A DNA stretch of 34,203 bases, from the NCBI GenBank assembly GCA_046597055.1, contig JBKJLC010000282.1:1-34203 (forward strand), read 5' to 3'. Numbering within the stretch: position 1 is the stretch's first letter; each line of letters opens with the position of its first letter. Source of the DNA: Kofleriaceae bacterium (GTDB lineage: Bacteria > Myxococcota_A > Polyangia > Haliangiales > Haliangiaceae). This document shows, piece after piece, positions 17,085 to 25,953 of the stretch. A program made the translations under genes and the position numbers. The notes under the pieces are model-generated. The model had not been told where the DNA came from. It was given only the letters and a program-made list of their open reading frames with translations, and searched no databases.

Positions 17085-18743
17085 ATGCACGTGTCGACGT
17101 CCCCGGTTCTCGCCATAGGCCCCGGCTCCATGCTGGGGCGCTACCAGGTGCTCGCGCACCTGGCGACCGGCGGTATGGCCGAGATTTACCTGGCCCGCGC
17201 GACCGGCCTCGAGGGCTTCGAGCGCTTCGTGGTCGTGAAGTGCATCAAGCCCGAGCACGCGCGCGACCAGCGCTTCGTCGGCATGTTCATCGACGAGGCG
17301 CGGCTGTCGGCGCAGCTGCACCACACCAACATCGCCCAGGTCTACGACATCGGCCAGGAGGGCGGCGCGTACTACTTCGCGATGGAGTACGTGCACGGCG
17401 AGAACGTGCGCGAGCTGCTCCACAAGGTCGCGCTCCAGCGCGCGATGGTGCCGCTCGAGCATGCGCTGACCATCATTGGCGGCGCCGCCGCCGGCCTGCA
17501 CTACGCGCACGAGAAGCGCGGTAACGACCGCCGGCCGCTCAACATCGTCCACCGCGACGTGTCGCCCTCGAACGTCATCGTCGCGTTCGACGGCGCGGTG
17601 AAGGTGGTCGACTTCGGCATCGCCAAGGCCGCGGCGCGGATGACCGAGACGCGCTCGGGCACGCTCAAGGGCAAGATCGCGTACATGTCGCCCGAGCAGT
17701 GCACCGGCCGCCCGATCGACCGGCGCAGCGACGTATTCGCGCTCGGGATCGTGCTCTACGAGCTCACCACCGTGACGCGCCTGTTCAAGGGCGAGAGCGA
17801 CTACGTGACGATGAACAAGATCGTCACCGGCGACATCGAGCCGCCGTCGGCGCGGCGCGCCGACTACCCGCGCGAGCTCGAGAAGATCGTGCTCAAGGCG
17901 CTCGCGTCCGACCCCGAGGATCGCCAGGCCTCGGTCGCGGTGTTCCTCGACGAGATCCTCGCCTTCAGCCAGCGCGAGAAGATCACGACCTCGACGCTCG
18001 GGCTCGAGCGGTACCTGCGCGAGCTGTTCGGCGACAAGCCCGAGCCGTGGCTCGATCCCCTGAGCGCGAGCTCCGACGGCATCGCGGTCGAGGAGATCCT
18101 CCTGCTGCCAGCCGGATCGGGCTCCGCCGGCGGCGGCATCCCGCTCGGTCACACCGCGACCGCGACCCGCTCACCCGAGGCCTCGGGCGTGACCGCCACG
18201 CCCGGGCTCGGTGCCTACGCGCCGGCGACCGGCCCGGGCTCGCAGGGTTCGCTGCTGCTCTCGGCCGAGATCAAGTCGATGCCCGAGGCGCGGCCCCGGC
18301 GCGCGGCGCTCTGGCTCGGGTCGGCGCTCCTCGCCGGCGCTGCGCTGATCGGGGGCGCGGTCGTGTACGACGTGCGCAAGAACAAGGACGGCCCCCCCGA
18401 GGAGTTGCCCGCGTCGCGCGAGCAGGGCGCGGGCGAGCCTGCGCCCGCCCCCGACGTGAACCGCGAGCCGATCGCGCAGCCGGTGGTGCCGGCGATCGAC
18501 GCGGGCGTTCCGCCGGTGGTCGATGCCGGCGATGGCGCCGCGGCGCTGACGCCGGTCGTCGAAGACCGCCGCAAGCCGCCGGGCAAGCGCACCATCGGCC
18601 CGCGGTCGACGACGACGGCCCCCGCGCGCGGCAACCCCGCCCCGGCACCGGTGGTCCCCGATGCGACCCGGGCCCCGCCGGTCGCCCCCGCTGACGCGAC
18701 CGGTACCCCGCGCAAGCGCACGGACCTGACGCCTCCCGAGTGA
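17085..18743 (+). CDS. Hanks-type Ser/Thr protein kinase, membrane anchored
   Basis: LATGGMAEIY, VVVK, HRDVSPSN, DFGIAK, YMSPEQ, DVFALG. TM segment ALWLGSALLAGAALIGGAVVY, then a Pro-rich tail. Confidence 0.95.
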   Translation: MHVSTSPVLAIGPGSMLGRYQVLAHLATGGMAEIYLARATGLEGFERFVVVKCIKPEHARDQRFVGMFIDEARLSAQLHHTNIAQVYDIGQEGGAYYFAMEYVHGENVRELLHKVALQRAMVPLEHALTIIGGAAAGLHYAHEKRGNDRRPLNIVHRDVSPSNVIVAFDGAVKVVDFGIAKAAARMTETRSGTLKGKIAYMSPEQCTGRPIDRRSDVFALGIVLYELTTVTRLFKGESDYVTMNKIVTGDIEPPSARRADYPRELEKIVLKALASDPEDRQASVAVFLDEILAFSQREKITTSTLGLERYLRELFGDKPEPWLDPLSASSDGIAVEEILLLPAGSGSAGGGIPLGHTATATRSPEASGVTATPGLGAYAPATGPGSQGSLLLSAEIKSMPEARPRRAALWLGSALLAGAALIGGAVVYDVRKNKDGPPEELPASREQGAGEPAPAPDVNREPIAQPVVPAIDAGVPPVVDAGDGAAALTPVVEDRRKPPGKRTIGPRSTTTAPARGNPAPAPVVPDATRAPPVAPADATGTPRKRTDLTPPE

Positions 18744-18796
18744 CGAGTCGCGATGCGAGCCAAGTTTTCCCGATCGGTCTTCCCCCTGGTGACGCC

Positions 18797-19618
18797 ATGA
18801 CGCCCTTTGCCCGTGCCTCTTTCCTCGTGACGCTCCTGATGGCGGCCACGGTCGCGCCAGCGCTCGCCCAGTCGACCCCGGCCCCGGCCCCGCCGGCGGT
18901 CTCGCCCACCATCAAGGCCAAGGTCGACGCGCACCGCGCCGCCGGCGTCGCGCACTACGAGGCCAACAACCTCGCCGCCGCGATGGCCGAGTACAAGAAG
19001 GCTTACGAGCTCGTCCCGGCCGGCGAGTTCCTGTGGGCGATGGCGCAGATCGAGTCGGCCCGCGGCGACTGCGCGGCGGCGAACGTCCTCTATCGCCGCT
19101 ACCTCGCGACCGGCCTCAAGCCCAGCGCGGTGAAGCAGGTGACCGGGATCATCCAGGAGTGCGAGCGCACGCTTGCCGCCAGTGGCGCGCGGCCGGTCCC
19201 CGACCAGCCGAGCGAGCCGCCGCGCGAGCCCGAGCGCCTCGAGCCGCAGCCGCTGCCGGCCGAGCCCGAGCGCCGCACGGTGATCCGTCCCTGGTACACC
19301 GACACGCTCGGCGACGCGCTGGTCGGCGTCGGCGCGGTCGGCCTGATCACCGGCGGGACGTTCCTCCTGCTCGCGCGTGCCGACATCGCCAGGGCGAACA
19401 GCGGCGGCCTCGGCGGTGTCTCGCAGGACGAGTACGACCTGCTGGAGATCCGCGCCGAGCGGCGCCAGCTGTACGGTGCCATCGCCGGCGGCGTCGGCGC
19501 CGCGCTCGTGGTCGGTGGCGTGGTGCGCTTCATGACCGGCGACCGCACCGAGACCATCGAAGTGAAGCCCTCGGTCGCGGCCGACGGTGCCTCGGTGACG
19601 CTGGGCCTGCGCTTCTAG
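18797..19618 (+). CDS. Exported TPR protein with C-terminal hydrophobic segments and terminal Phe
   Basis: Signal peptide (PALA-Q), TPR-like helices, PWY motif, Gly-rich hydrophobic segments, ends VTLGLRF. Confidence 0.85.
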   Translation: MTPFARASFLVTLLMAATVAPALAQSTPAPAPPAVSPTIKAKVDAHRAAGVAHYEANNLAAAMAEYKKAYELVPAGEFLWAMAQIESARGDCAAANVLYRRYLATGLKPSAVKQVTGIIQECERTLAASGARPVPDQPSEPPREPERLEPQPLPAEPERRTVIRPWYTDTLGDALVGVGAVGLITGGTFLLLARADIARANSGGLGGVSQDEYDLLEIRAERRQLYGAIAGGVGAALVVGGVVRFMTGDRTETIEVKPSVAADGASVTLGLRF

Positions 19619-19624
19619 GTCGCC

Positions 19625-20518
19625 GTGGTGGCGGCGTCGTATCCGTGGGCGCCCGCCGATCTCGCCGCCGACACCCGGCCGATCCGTCGCGCCGACCACA
19701 CGTACACGCTCGACGTGCCGAGCCACTGGGACTTTCTCCTGCCGTCGGGTGGCGCGCTCATGTCGGCAGCGCTGCGCGCAGCCGAGGACACGGTCGCGGA
19801 TCCCGTCTTCCGCCTGGCCTCGGCCACGGCGATCTTCTGCGAGCCGGTCTACCCGGGCGCGGTCGACATCGATGTCGAGGTGCTGCGCCGCGGGAGCTCG
19901 GCAGTGCAGACCCGCAGTCACCTGCGCGCGAGCGGCGGCGCCGGCCTGCAAGTCACCGCGACCTTCGCTCGTGATCGCGCCGGCCCCGACGTGCTCGGCG
20001 CGTCGCCGCCCGACGTGCCGCCACCCGATCAGTGCGTCGACTTGCTTGCCGACCACGGCAAGAACCCGCACGGACGCGCCGCGTTCTTCGCCAACGTCGA
20101 CTGTCGCCTCGCCGCCGGCACGCGCTTGTGGCCGCCCGACTTCGTCGCCGGGCCCGCGCGGTACGCGCGCTGGTTTCGCTACCGCCGGCCCCAGCGCGAC
20201 GCCGCAGGTCGCTTCGATCGCCTCGCGCTCGCGCCGATCGCCGACACCATGCCGGCGGCGCTGGCCCAGGCGATCGGCCCCGGTCCGTACCGGTTCTTCG
20301 CACCCAGCCTCGATCTCACGCTGCATCTGATCGACGACACCGACCGCGCGTGGATCTTGGTGTCGGCGTGCGTGCGCCGCGCGCGCGCTGGCTACGCGAT
20401 CGGCGAGGCCGAGCTGTGGGACGACCAGGGTCGGCTCGTCGCGGTCGCGACCCAGACGATGTACGTGCGGACGCTGGCCGGCGAGCCACCGATCATCGAC
20501 GCCTCTCGCCGTCGGTGA
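19625..20518 (+). CDS. Acyl-CoA thioesterase family protein (double hotdog)
   Basis: GGALMSAALRA, VEVLRRG, ALAPIADTMP, PSLDLTLH, GYAIGEAELWDDQGRLVAVATQ. Confidence 0.88.
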   Translation: MVAASYPWAPADLAADTRPIRRADHTYTLDVPSHWDFLLPSGGALMSAALRAAEDTVADPVFRLASATAIFCEPVYPGAVDIDVEVLRRGSSAVQTRSHLRASGGAGLQVTATFARDRAGPDVLGASPPDVPPPDQCVDLLADHGKNPHGRAAFFANVDCRLAAGTRLWPPDFVAGPARYARWFRYRRPQRDAAGRFDRLALAPIADTMPAALAQAIGPGPYRFFAPSLDLTLHLIDDTDRAWILVSACVRRARAGYAIGEAELWDDQGRLVAVATQTMYVRTLAGEPPIIDASRRR

Positions 20519-20625
20519 GCGCGCCCACGTGTGCCGGGACGAAAGAACCCGGGCCTACCCGCGCTGGACACGCTCTGCGCCGATGGCGCTTGACGCTCGG
20601 ACGCTCGGGCAAGGATCCTGCCGCG

Positions 20626-22674
20626 GTGACTCCCGCAGGCCAGCAGAGTGCGGGCGCGGTGTCCCCCCAGTACCAGGTGCTCGGGCACCTCGCGACCGGC
20701 GGCATGGCCGAGCTGTATCTCGCACGCTCGGTCGGCATCGCGGGCTTCGAGCGTCACGTGGTGCTCAAGCGGATCTCGCCGGAGCACAGCGGCAACCACC
20801 GCTTCGTCACGATGTTCCTCGACGAGGCGCGGCTGGCCGCGCAGCTGCACCATCCGAACATCGCGCAGGTCCACGACATCGGCCGGGCCTCCGACTCGTA
20901 CTTCTTCACGATGGAGTACGTGCACGGCGAGAACGTGCGCGATCTCCTGCAGCGGGTGGCCGCGCTCAAGCGCCAGATCCCGATCGAGCACGTGCTGACC
21001 GTGATCGCGGGCGCCGCCGCCGGGCTGCACTACGCGCACGAGAAGCTCGGGCTGGACCGCCGCCCGCTCCACATCGTGCACCGCGACGTGTCGCCGTCGA
21101 ACCTGATGGTCGCCTACGAGGGCGCGGTGAAGCTGGTCGACTTCGGCATCGCCAAGGCGGCCGACCGCATGACCGAGACGCTGGCCGGCGCGGTCAAGGG
21201 CAAGGTCGCGTACATGTCGCCGGAGCAGTGCACCGGTGGCGTGCTCGACCGGCGCAGCGACATCTTCTCACTCGGGATCATCCTGTGGGAGATGCTGACG
21301 ATGACGCGGCTGTTCAAGCACGCGAGCGACTACGAGACGATGTCCTCGATCGTCGACGGTGCGGTCGCGCCGCCGTCGTCCCACCGCGCCGAGGTGCCGC
21401 CCGCGCTCGACCGGCTGGCCCTGCGCGCGCTGGCCCGCCGCCCCGGGGACCGGTTCCAGTCCGCCGGCGAGATGCTGGTCGCGATCGAGGAGCTCGCCGC
21501 ACGCGAGCGGCTGTCGCTGACGACCACCGGGGTCGGCCGCTACCTGCGCGAGCTGTTCGGCGAGCGACCCGAGCCGTGGTACGAGCTGGGCGCTGCCAGC
21601 GAGCACCCGAGCCTGGTCACCGTCGAGACCACCAGCGCCGACCTCGCGCTCGCGGTCGAGCCCGATCCGTTCGGCCCGCAATCGACGGTGCGGCCGCTGA
21701 CCGGGGGCCGCCCCCGCCAGGACGAGTGGCGGCCGAGCAGCTATCCCGCGTCCCGCGCGGCCGCTCCCACCGAGCCGGCGCGAATCGTCGCCGCACCGAC
21801 CGAGCCGGTGCGAGCCGTCGCAGCGCCCCCCGAGCCGGTGCGAGCCGTGGTCGCGCCGACCGGGCCGGTGCCAGCGGACGTGGCCGCGGCCGACGGCATC
21901 CCGCGGGCCCCGCGGCTCCCGCCCGGGCGGATGCGCGCGTCGTCGCCGTCGAACCTGCCGCTGCCGCCGCCGCTGGAAACCGGGCCGATCGTGGTCGGGA
22001 CCGCGGCCGACGACCTCGACGCCAGCATGGATGCGGTGACGCTGGTCGCGCCGATGGCGATCGAGCACCGCGAGGCGGTCGCGCGTGCGCTGTCCGCCGC
22101 GGATCCTCGGGCGCCGTCCCCTGACGTCGGCGCGGTGCGGTCACCGCGGGGGGCCGGGGTCGCGCCGGCGCCGATCGCGGCGACCGCCTCGGCGTTCGAC
22201 CTCGACACGATCGACCTGCGGCCGAGCCGGCGCTGGATGCTGTGGGCCGCGGTCGCGGCGGTGGCGGCAGCGTTGCTGGGGGTCGTGCTCGGCAGCCAGC
22301 CGGCCCGCTCGAGCGGGGCGCCTGACCCGCGCGCGCCCACGACGGCACCGTCGATCGCACCGGCCACCCCGCCGCCGCCGGCGGTGCTGCCCGCGCCGGG
22401 CGCGGCCGCCGCCGCGGGGCTCGACCCGGGGCTGGTCCCCGACGCAAACGTTCCGAGCGTCGCGCCCGCGCCTGCCGATCCGGCGGCCTCGGCCGGTCCG
22501 TCCGAACCACGGCCCAGCGTCACGCCCGATCGACCGGCGCGCGCCATCCCGCCGCGCGCTGCGCCCCGCACGCGTCCGAGCCGCGCCCCCGCGGCCCGCG
22601 GCGCCCGCACCCGGCCCGACGAGCCGGCGGCGCGGTGCGGCGATGCACTCGGCCTCTACCCACCGTGCGGCTGA
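20626..22674 (+). CDS. Hanks-type Ser/Thr protein kinase, membrane anchored (paralog of 17085)
   Basis: LATGGMAELY, VVLK, HRDVSPSN, DFGIAK, YMSPEQ. TM segment WMLWAAVAAVAAALLGVVL. Start uncertain (GTG 20626 behind AAGGA). Confidence 0.93.
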   Translation: MTPAGQQSAGAVSPQYQVLGHLATGGMAELYLARSVGIAGFERHVVLKRISPEHSGNHRFVTMFLDEARLAAQLHHPNIAQVHDIGRASDSYFFTMEYVHGENVRDLLQRVAALKRQIPIEHVLTVIAGAAAGLHYAHEKLGLDRRPLHIVHRDVSPSNLMVAYEGAVKLVDFGIAKAADRMTETLAGAVKGKVAYMSPEQCTGGVLDRRSDIFSLGIILWEMLTMTRLFKHASDYETMSSIVDGAVAPPSSHRAEVPPALDRLALRALARRPGDRFQSAGEMLVAIEELAARERLSLTTTGVGRYLRELFGERPEPWYELGAASEHPSLVTVETTSADLALAVEPDPFGPQSTVRPLTGGRPRQDEWRPSSYPASRAAAPTEPARIVAAPTEPVRAVAAPPEPVRAVVAPTGPVPADVAAADGIPRAPRLPPGRMRASSPSNLPLPPPLETGPIVVGTAADDLDASMDAVTLVAPMAIEHREAVARALSAADPRAPSPDVGAVRSPRGAGVAPAPIAATASAFDLDTIDLRPSRRWMLWAAVAAVAAALLGVVLGSQPARSSGAPDPRAPTTAPSIAPATPPPPAVLPAPGAAAAAGLDPGLVPDANVPSVAPAPADPAASAGPSEPRPSVTPDRPARAIPPRAAPRTRPSRAPAARGARTRPDEPAARCGDALGLYPPCG

Positions 22675-22675
22675 C

Positions 22676-23419
22676 ATGACCTCACGCCTCGAGCTGCTCG
22701 TGACGCTCGCGCTCACTGGCTCCGCGGCGGCCGCGGTCGCGCAGCCGACCTCCGCGCACGAGGAGGTCGCGGCTCGCGCCTACGACGCTGGCGATCTCGC
22801 CACCGCGCTGCGCGAGTTCGAGGCGGCCTTCGCGGAGACCGGCCGCCCCGATCTGCTCTACGCGATCGGCAAGCTGCACGCGGCCCACGGCGACTGCCCG
22901 CGCGCGATCGATCACTTCCAGCGCTTCCTCGCCACCGGCCCCGGGCCCAAGGCCAGCGATGGCGCGCGCGCCGAGATCGCGACCTGCGAGGCGGCGCTCG
23001 CCGCCGCGGTGCCGGCCCCCGAGCCCGCGCCGGTCGAGCCGGATCCGAGCCCGGAGGCCGCGCCGCTGGCGCCCGCGCCCACCGACGGGCCCGGGTTCTA
23101 CCGCGACCTGCTCGGCACCGCGCTGGTCGGTGGCGGCGTGGTCGCCGGGGTCGCCGCGATCGTCTTCTACGGCCAGGCGATCGACGCGCAGTGCGGTGGA
23201 CCGGTATGCACCGGCGTCACTTACGACCAGTATCTCGAGGATGTCGAGCGCGCCGACCGGCTGCGCATGCGCGCGATCGTCGTCGGTGGCCTCGGTGGCG
23301 CCCTGATCGCCGGAGGCGTGGTTCGCTACGTCCTGCACGGCCGCTCCGAGCGCACGGTCGACGTCGCGGTCGCGCCGACTCGCGGCGGCGGCTCGTTCGT
23401 GGTCGGCGGTCGGTTCTAG
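22676..23419 (+). CDS. Exported TPR protein (paralog of 18797)
   Basis: Starts 2 nt after the kinase stop. Signal peptide, TPR helices (LLYAIGKLH..HGDC), hydrophobic segments, ends FVVGGRF. Confidence 0.85.
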   Translation: MTSRLELLVTLALTGSAAAAVAQPTSAHEEVAARAYDAGDLATALREFEAAFAETGRPDLLYAIGKLHAAHGDCPRAIDHFQRFLATGPGPKASDGARAEIATCEAALAAAVPAPEPAPVEPDPSPEAAPLAPAPTDGPGFYRDLLGTALVGGGVVAGVAAIVFYGQAIDAQCGGPVCTGVTYDQYLEDVERADRLRMRAIVVGGLGGALIAGGVVRYVLHGRSERTVDVAVAPTRGGGSFVVGGRF

Positions 23420-23784
23420 CCCGCTCGAGTTTCAAACCGTTCGGTGCCCTGGCATCAATGCCGGTCACACAAGCTCTGGCACTCACAAATTCGATCACTT
23501 GCTCTTCCGTTCGTCCTGAGCGCAGCCCGGCGCGAAGCTGCGGGCGAAGTCGAAGGACGACCAGTGGGCGGCGGGTGTCGGCAGCTCTGCCCTTCGATAC
23601 GGCGCCTGCGGCGCCGGCTCAGGGCCACCGGGAAAGGTGAGCGCTTCCGATCACATGAAGACTTGTGATCAATCCCGAGGGGTGTCCTTCGACTTCGAGC
23701 TCGCTTGCGCTCGCTCTACGCTCAGGACGAACGGGGAAAACTGTTCAATCCCGATCGCTTGCGCCTGTCTGATCGGTATTTACT

Positions 23785-24567
23785 CTAGCGTCGGGCCGCG
23801 CGCGGGACCACGGCCGGACCCAGCACCGCGAGCAGCCGGCGATACGAGTTCTGGGTAGCGGCGCCGCCGGCGCAGAGCCGCCGCTTGCCCTCGCCACAAG
23901 CTGCGTCCTGGTCGACGAACCGGCGCGCCCCACACGGCGGCAGATAGGTCATCACGTCCTTGCACAGGTACTCGTGATCGAGGCCGTAGGCGTGCGCGAC
24001 CTCCATCGCGATCGTCTCGCACACCGGGCGCGGCTGGTGGTGGTTCTGGGCCGCGAACGCGAACACGATCGCGCGCGGGATCACGGTCGTCGAGAACGGC
24101 GCCAGCCCGCCGATCCGCGGGTCCTTGCTGCCGATGTCCTTGGGACGGCCGCCGACCGCGACCAAGATGAACTCGTCGCTGGTCGGGCGCTTCTCGGTGA
24201 CCTCGACGGCGAACGGCTTGAACATGTCGCGCACGCACTTCACCACCTGGTTCCAGCCCGCCTTCGAGCCCTTCCAGCCGGGTACGCGCACCGCGCCGGC
24301 GCTGTGGGCCGCGACCACGCTCGAGCGGAGCGTCGGCGCGTCGTCCCGCCCGGGGTGCAGGTTCAGCGGCTCGCGCGCCAGGTAGATGATGCGGCTCGGG
24401 CTCGGCACGGCCTCGCCGGCGATCCGGTCGCGCACCCGCACCAGGTCGTTGCCGTCGAGCATCTTCCAGCGACCGGTCTCGATCCGGTTGACCAGGACCA
24501 GGCCGAGCGCGAGGCCACCGCCCGCCGCGATCAGCGCCGCCAGCAAGATCCACCACAGCCGTCTCAT
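23785..24567 (-). CDS. Metzincin-like (matrixin-like) membrane-anchored protein
   Basis: N-terminal TM; motif MEVAHAYGLDH followed by Met-turn-like DVMTY; Cys-rich C-terminus. Confidence 0.75.
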   Translation of the reverse strand: MRRLWWILLAALIAAGGGLALGLVLVNRIETGRWKMLDGNDLVRVRDRIAGEAVPSPSRIIYLAREPLNLHPGRDDAPTLRSSVVAAHSAGAVRVPGWKGSKAGWNQVVKCVRDMFKPFAVEVTEKRPTSDEFILVAVGGRPKDIGSKDPRIGGLAPFSTTVIPRAIVFAFAAQNHHQPRPVCETIAMEVAHAYGLDHEYLCKDVMTYLPPCGARRFVDQDAACGEGKRRLCAGGAATQNSYRRLLAVLGPAVVPRAARR

Positions 24568-24617
24568 CGAGCCCACCATTCTCGCACACGACCCGGCGCG
24601 CGCGGCACCATCCGCGT

Positions 24618-25373
24618 GTGCGCACCGCGTTCCTGCCCGCCCTCGCCGCCGCCGTGGTCGCCTGTGGGCGTGCGCCGGCGCGGTCAGCGTCCGATCCGTC
24701 CACACCGGCGGACGCCGCGGTCACCACCGACCGGCCGGGCGCGGCCGCCGAGCCGACGCCCGACGCCAGCGTCGACGCCTCGATCCCGATCGTCGCACCC
24801 ACCGCCGCCACCGTCCCGCCCGGCTGGGTCGACCTCGCGACCGTGGTGCCCGACGCCGTGCTCGATCTCCGCTACGCGACCGCGCACAACCTCACCGGGG
24901 CACCGCTGTACCCGGTGGCGCGCTGCCTCCTGCGTGCGCCGGTCGCCGCCCGGTTGGTGCGCGCCGCCGACCTGCTCCGCGCGCGCGGCCACCGGCTGGT
25001 GGTGTGGGACTGCTATCGCCCGGTCTCGATCCAGCGGGTGCTGTGGGCGCGGGTGCCCGATCGCCGCTACGTCGCCGAGCCGCGCTTCGACGCCAGCGGC
25101 CAGCCGATCGCCGGCTCGAAGCACAGCCGCGGCGCCGCGGTCGACGTCAGCCTCGCCGACGAAGCCGGCGCGTTGCGCGAGATGCCGACCGATCACGACG
25201 ACTTCACGCCGGCCGCGCGCGCCCGCCGGGTGACCGGGTCGACCGGCGCGCGGCTCGCCGCGCTGCGCGCCGCGATGGTCGCCGCCGGGTTCGCGCCGAT
25301 CGAGACCGAGTGGTGGCACTTCGACGCCCGCGACGGCACCCGCTTCCCGTTCTCCGACGAGCCGCTGCGCTGA
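24618..25373 (+). CDS. ddpX: D-Ala-D-Ala dipeptidase (peptidase M15D, VanX/DdpX family), lipoprotein
   Basis: DLRYAT.HN.TG, VWDCYRP, SKHSRGAAVD, EWWHF; lipobox VVAC. Confidence 0.9.
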   Translation: MRTAFLPALAAAVVACGRAPARSASDPSTPADAAVTTDRPGAAAEPTPDASVDASIPIVAPTAATVPPGWVDLATVVPDAVLDLRYATAHNLTGAPLYPVARCLLRAPVAARLVRAADLLRARGHRLVVWDCYRPVSIQRVLWARVPDRRYVAEPRFDASGQPIAGSKHSRGAAVDVSLADEAGALREMPTDHDDFTPAARARRVTGSTGARLAALRAAMVAAGFAPIETEWWHFDARDGTRFPFSDEPLR

Positions 25374-25452
25374 CGATCGCGGCCCGAAAAAGCGACGAGC
25401 GCCCGCGTCGCCGCCGGGCGCCCATGCGTGCCGCGCCGGGCGGCGCGTCGAA

Positions 25453-25689
25453 TCAGACGCTCATGAAGTCGTGACCACGAACCGTCTTCCGGCCGTTCGC
25501 GGTCGCGCGCCTGGTCGCCTGCTGGATGAGCCAGTGCACGTAGCTGTTGAGCGCCTCGATCGCGTCGCCACCGAAGTTGCAGTCGGCATCCTTGACGGTC
25601 GCGCGCACCTTGGACGCGACCAGCAGCATGTCCTGCGGCGCCGCCGCCTTGGGGGCCTGCTTCGACTTCCCTGTCTTTGCCTTAGCCAT
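25453..25689 (-). CDS. Bacterial histone-fold protein (Bd0055-like dimer type) with Lys-rich N-terminal tail
   Basis: 78 aa from ATG 25689 behind a strong RBS (GGGAGG). Core LLVASKVR..VK, long alpha-2 helix, A.ANGRKTV..HDF (histone RxTxxxxD motif) with a short alpha-3. Confidence 0.88.
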   Translation of the reverse strand: MAKAKTGKSKQAPKAAAPQDMLLVASKVRATVKDADCNFGGDAIEALNSYVHWLIQQATRRATANGRKTVRGHDFMSV

Positions 25690-25740
25690 GAGAACCTCCC
25701 AGAGTGAGCGAACGGCGAGAGTCATCGCACCCCGGGATCG

Positions 25741-25775
25741 TCGAGGAAAGCCCTCGAACGGGCTTTTTCGCCCGT
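25741..25775. promoter_or_regulatory. Overlapping, mutually exclusive inverted repeats upstream of the histone gene
   Basis: TCGAGG/CCTCGA (25741-57), ACGGGC/GCCCGT (25758-75) and the alternative AAAGCCC/GGGCTTT (25747-66). Function unproven. Confidence 0.35.
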
Positions 25776-25953
25776 CCTTCCGAGGCTGGCTCGTCGGTGA
25801 ATCGGTGTCGGTGAGCCCCCGCGCGGCGCGCGCCAAGGTCACGCGTGCAGCCGCGCCCGGCGGCCTGGCCCAGGTCAGGCCCGGCCCGATATGAGCGGTG
25901 TGGTGCGAGATGGTCTGGTGGCATCGGGCGGAATTGCCTACACTCGGGGCGTC

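Noticed and set aside
24618..25373. Vancomycin resistance locus
   Set aside because: Only a lone M15D dipeptidase with a lipobox. No vanH/vanA/vanRS nearby.
6235..25689. GNAT, FliB-like protein or kinases acting as a histone-tail modification system
   Set aside because: The genes are 3-19 kb from the histone gene and in separate transcription units. Nothing in the sequence links them.
25690..25842. 129-aa version of the histone ORF
   Set aside because: GGGAGG sits directly before ATG 25689, and the extension covers hairpin-rich leader sequence.
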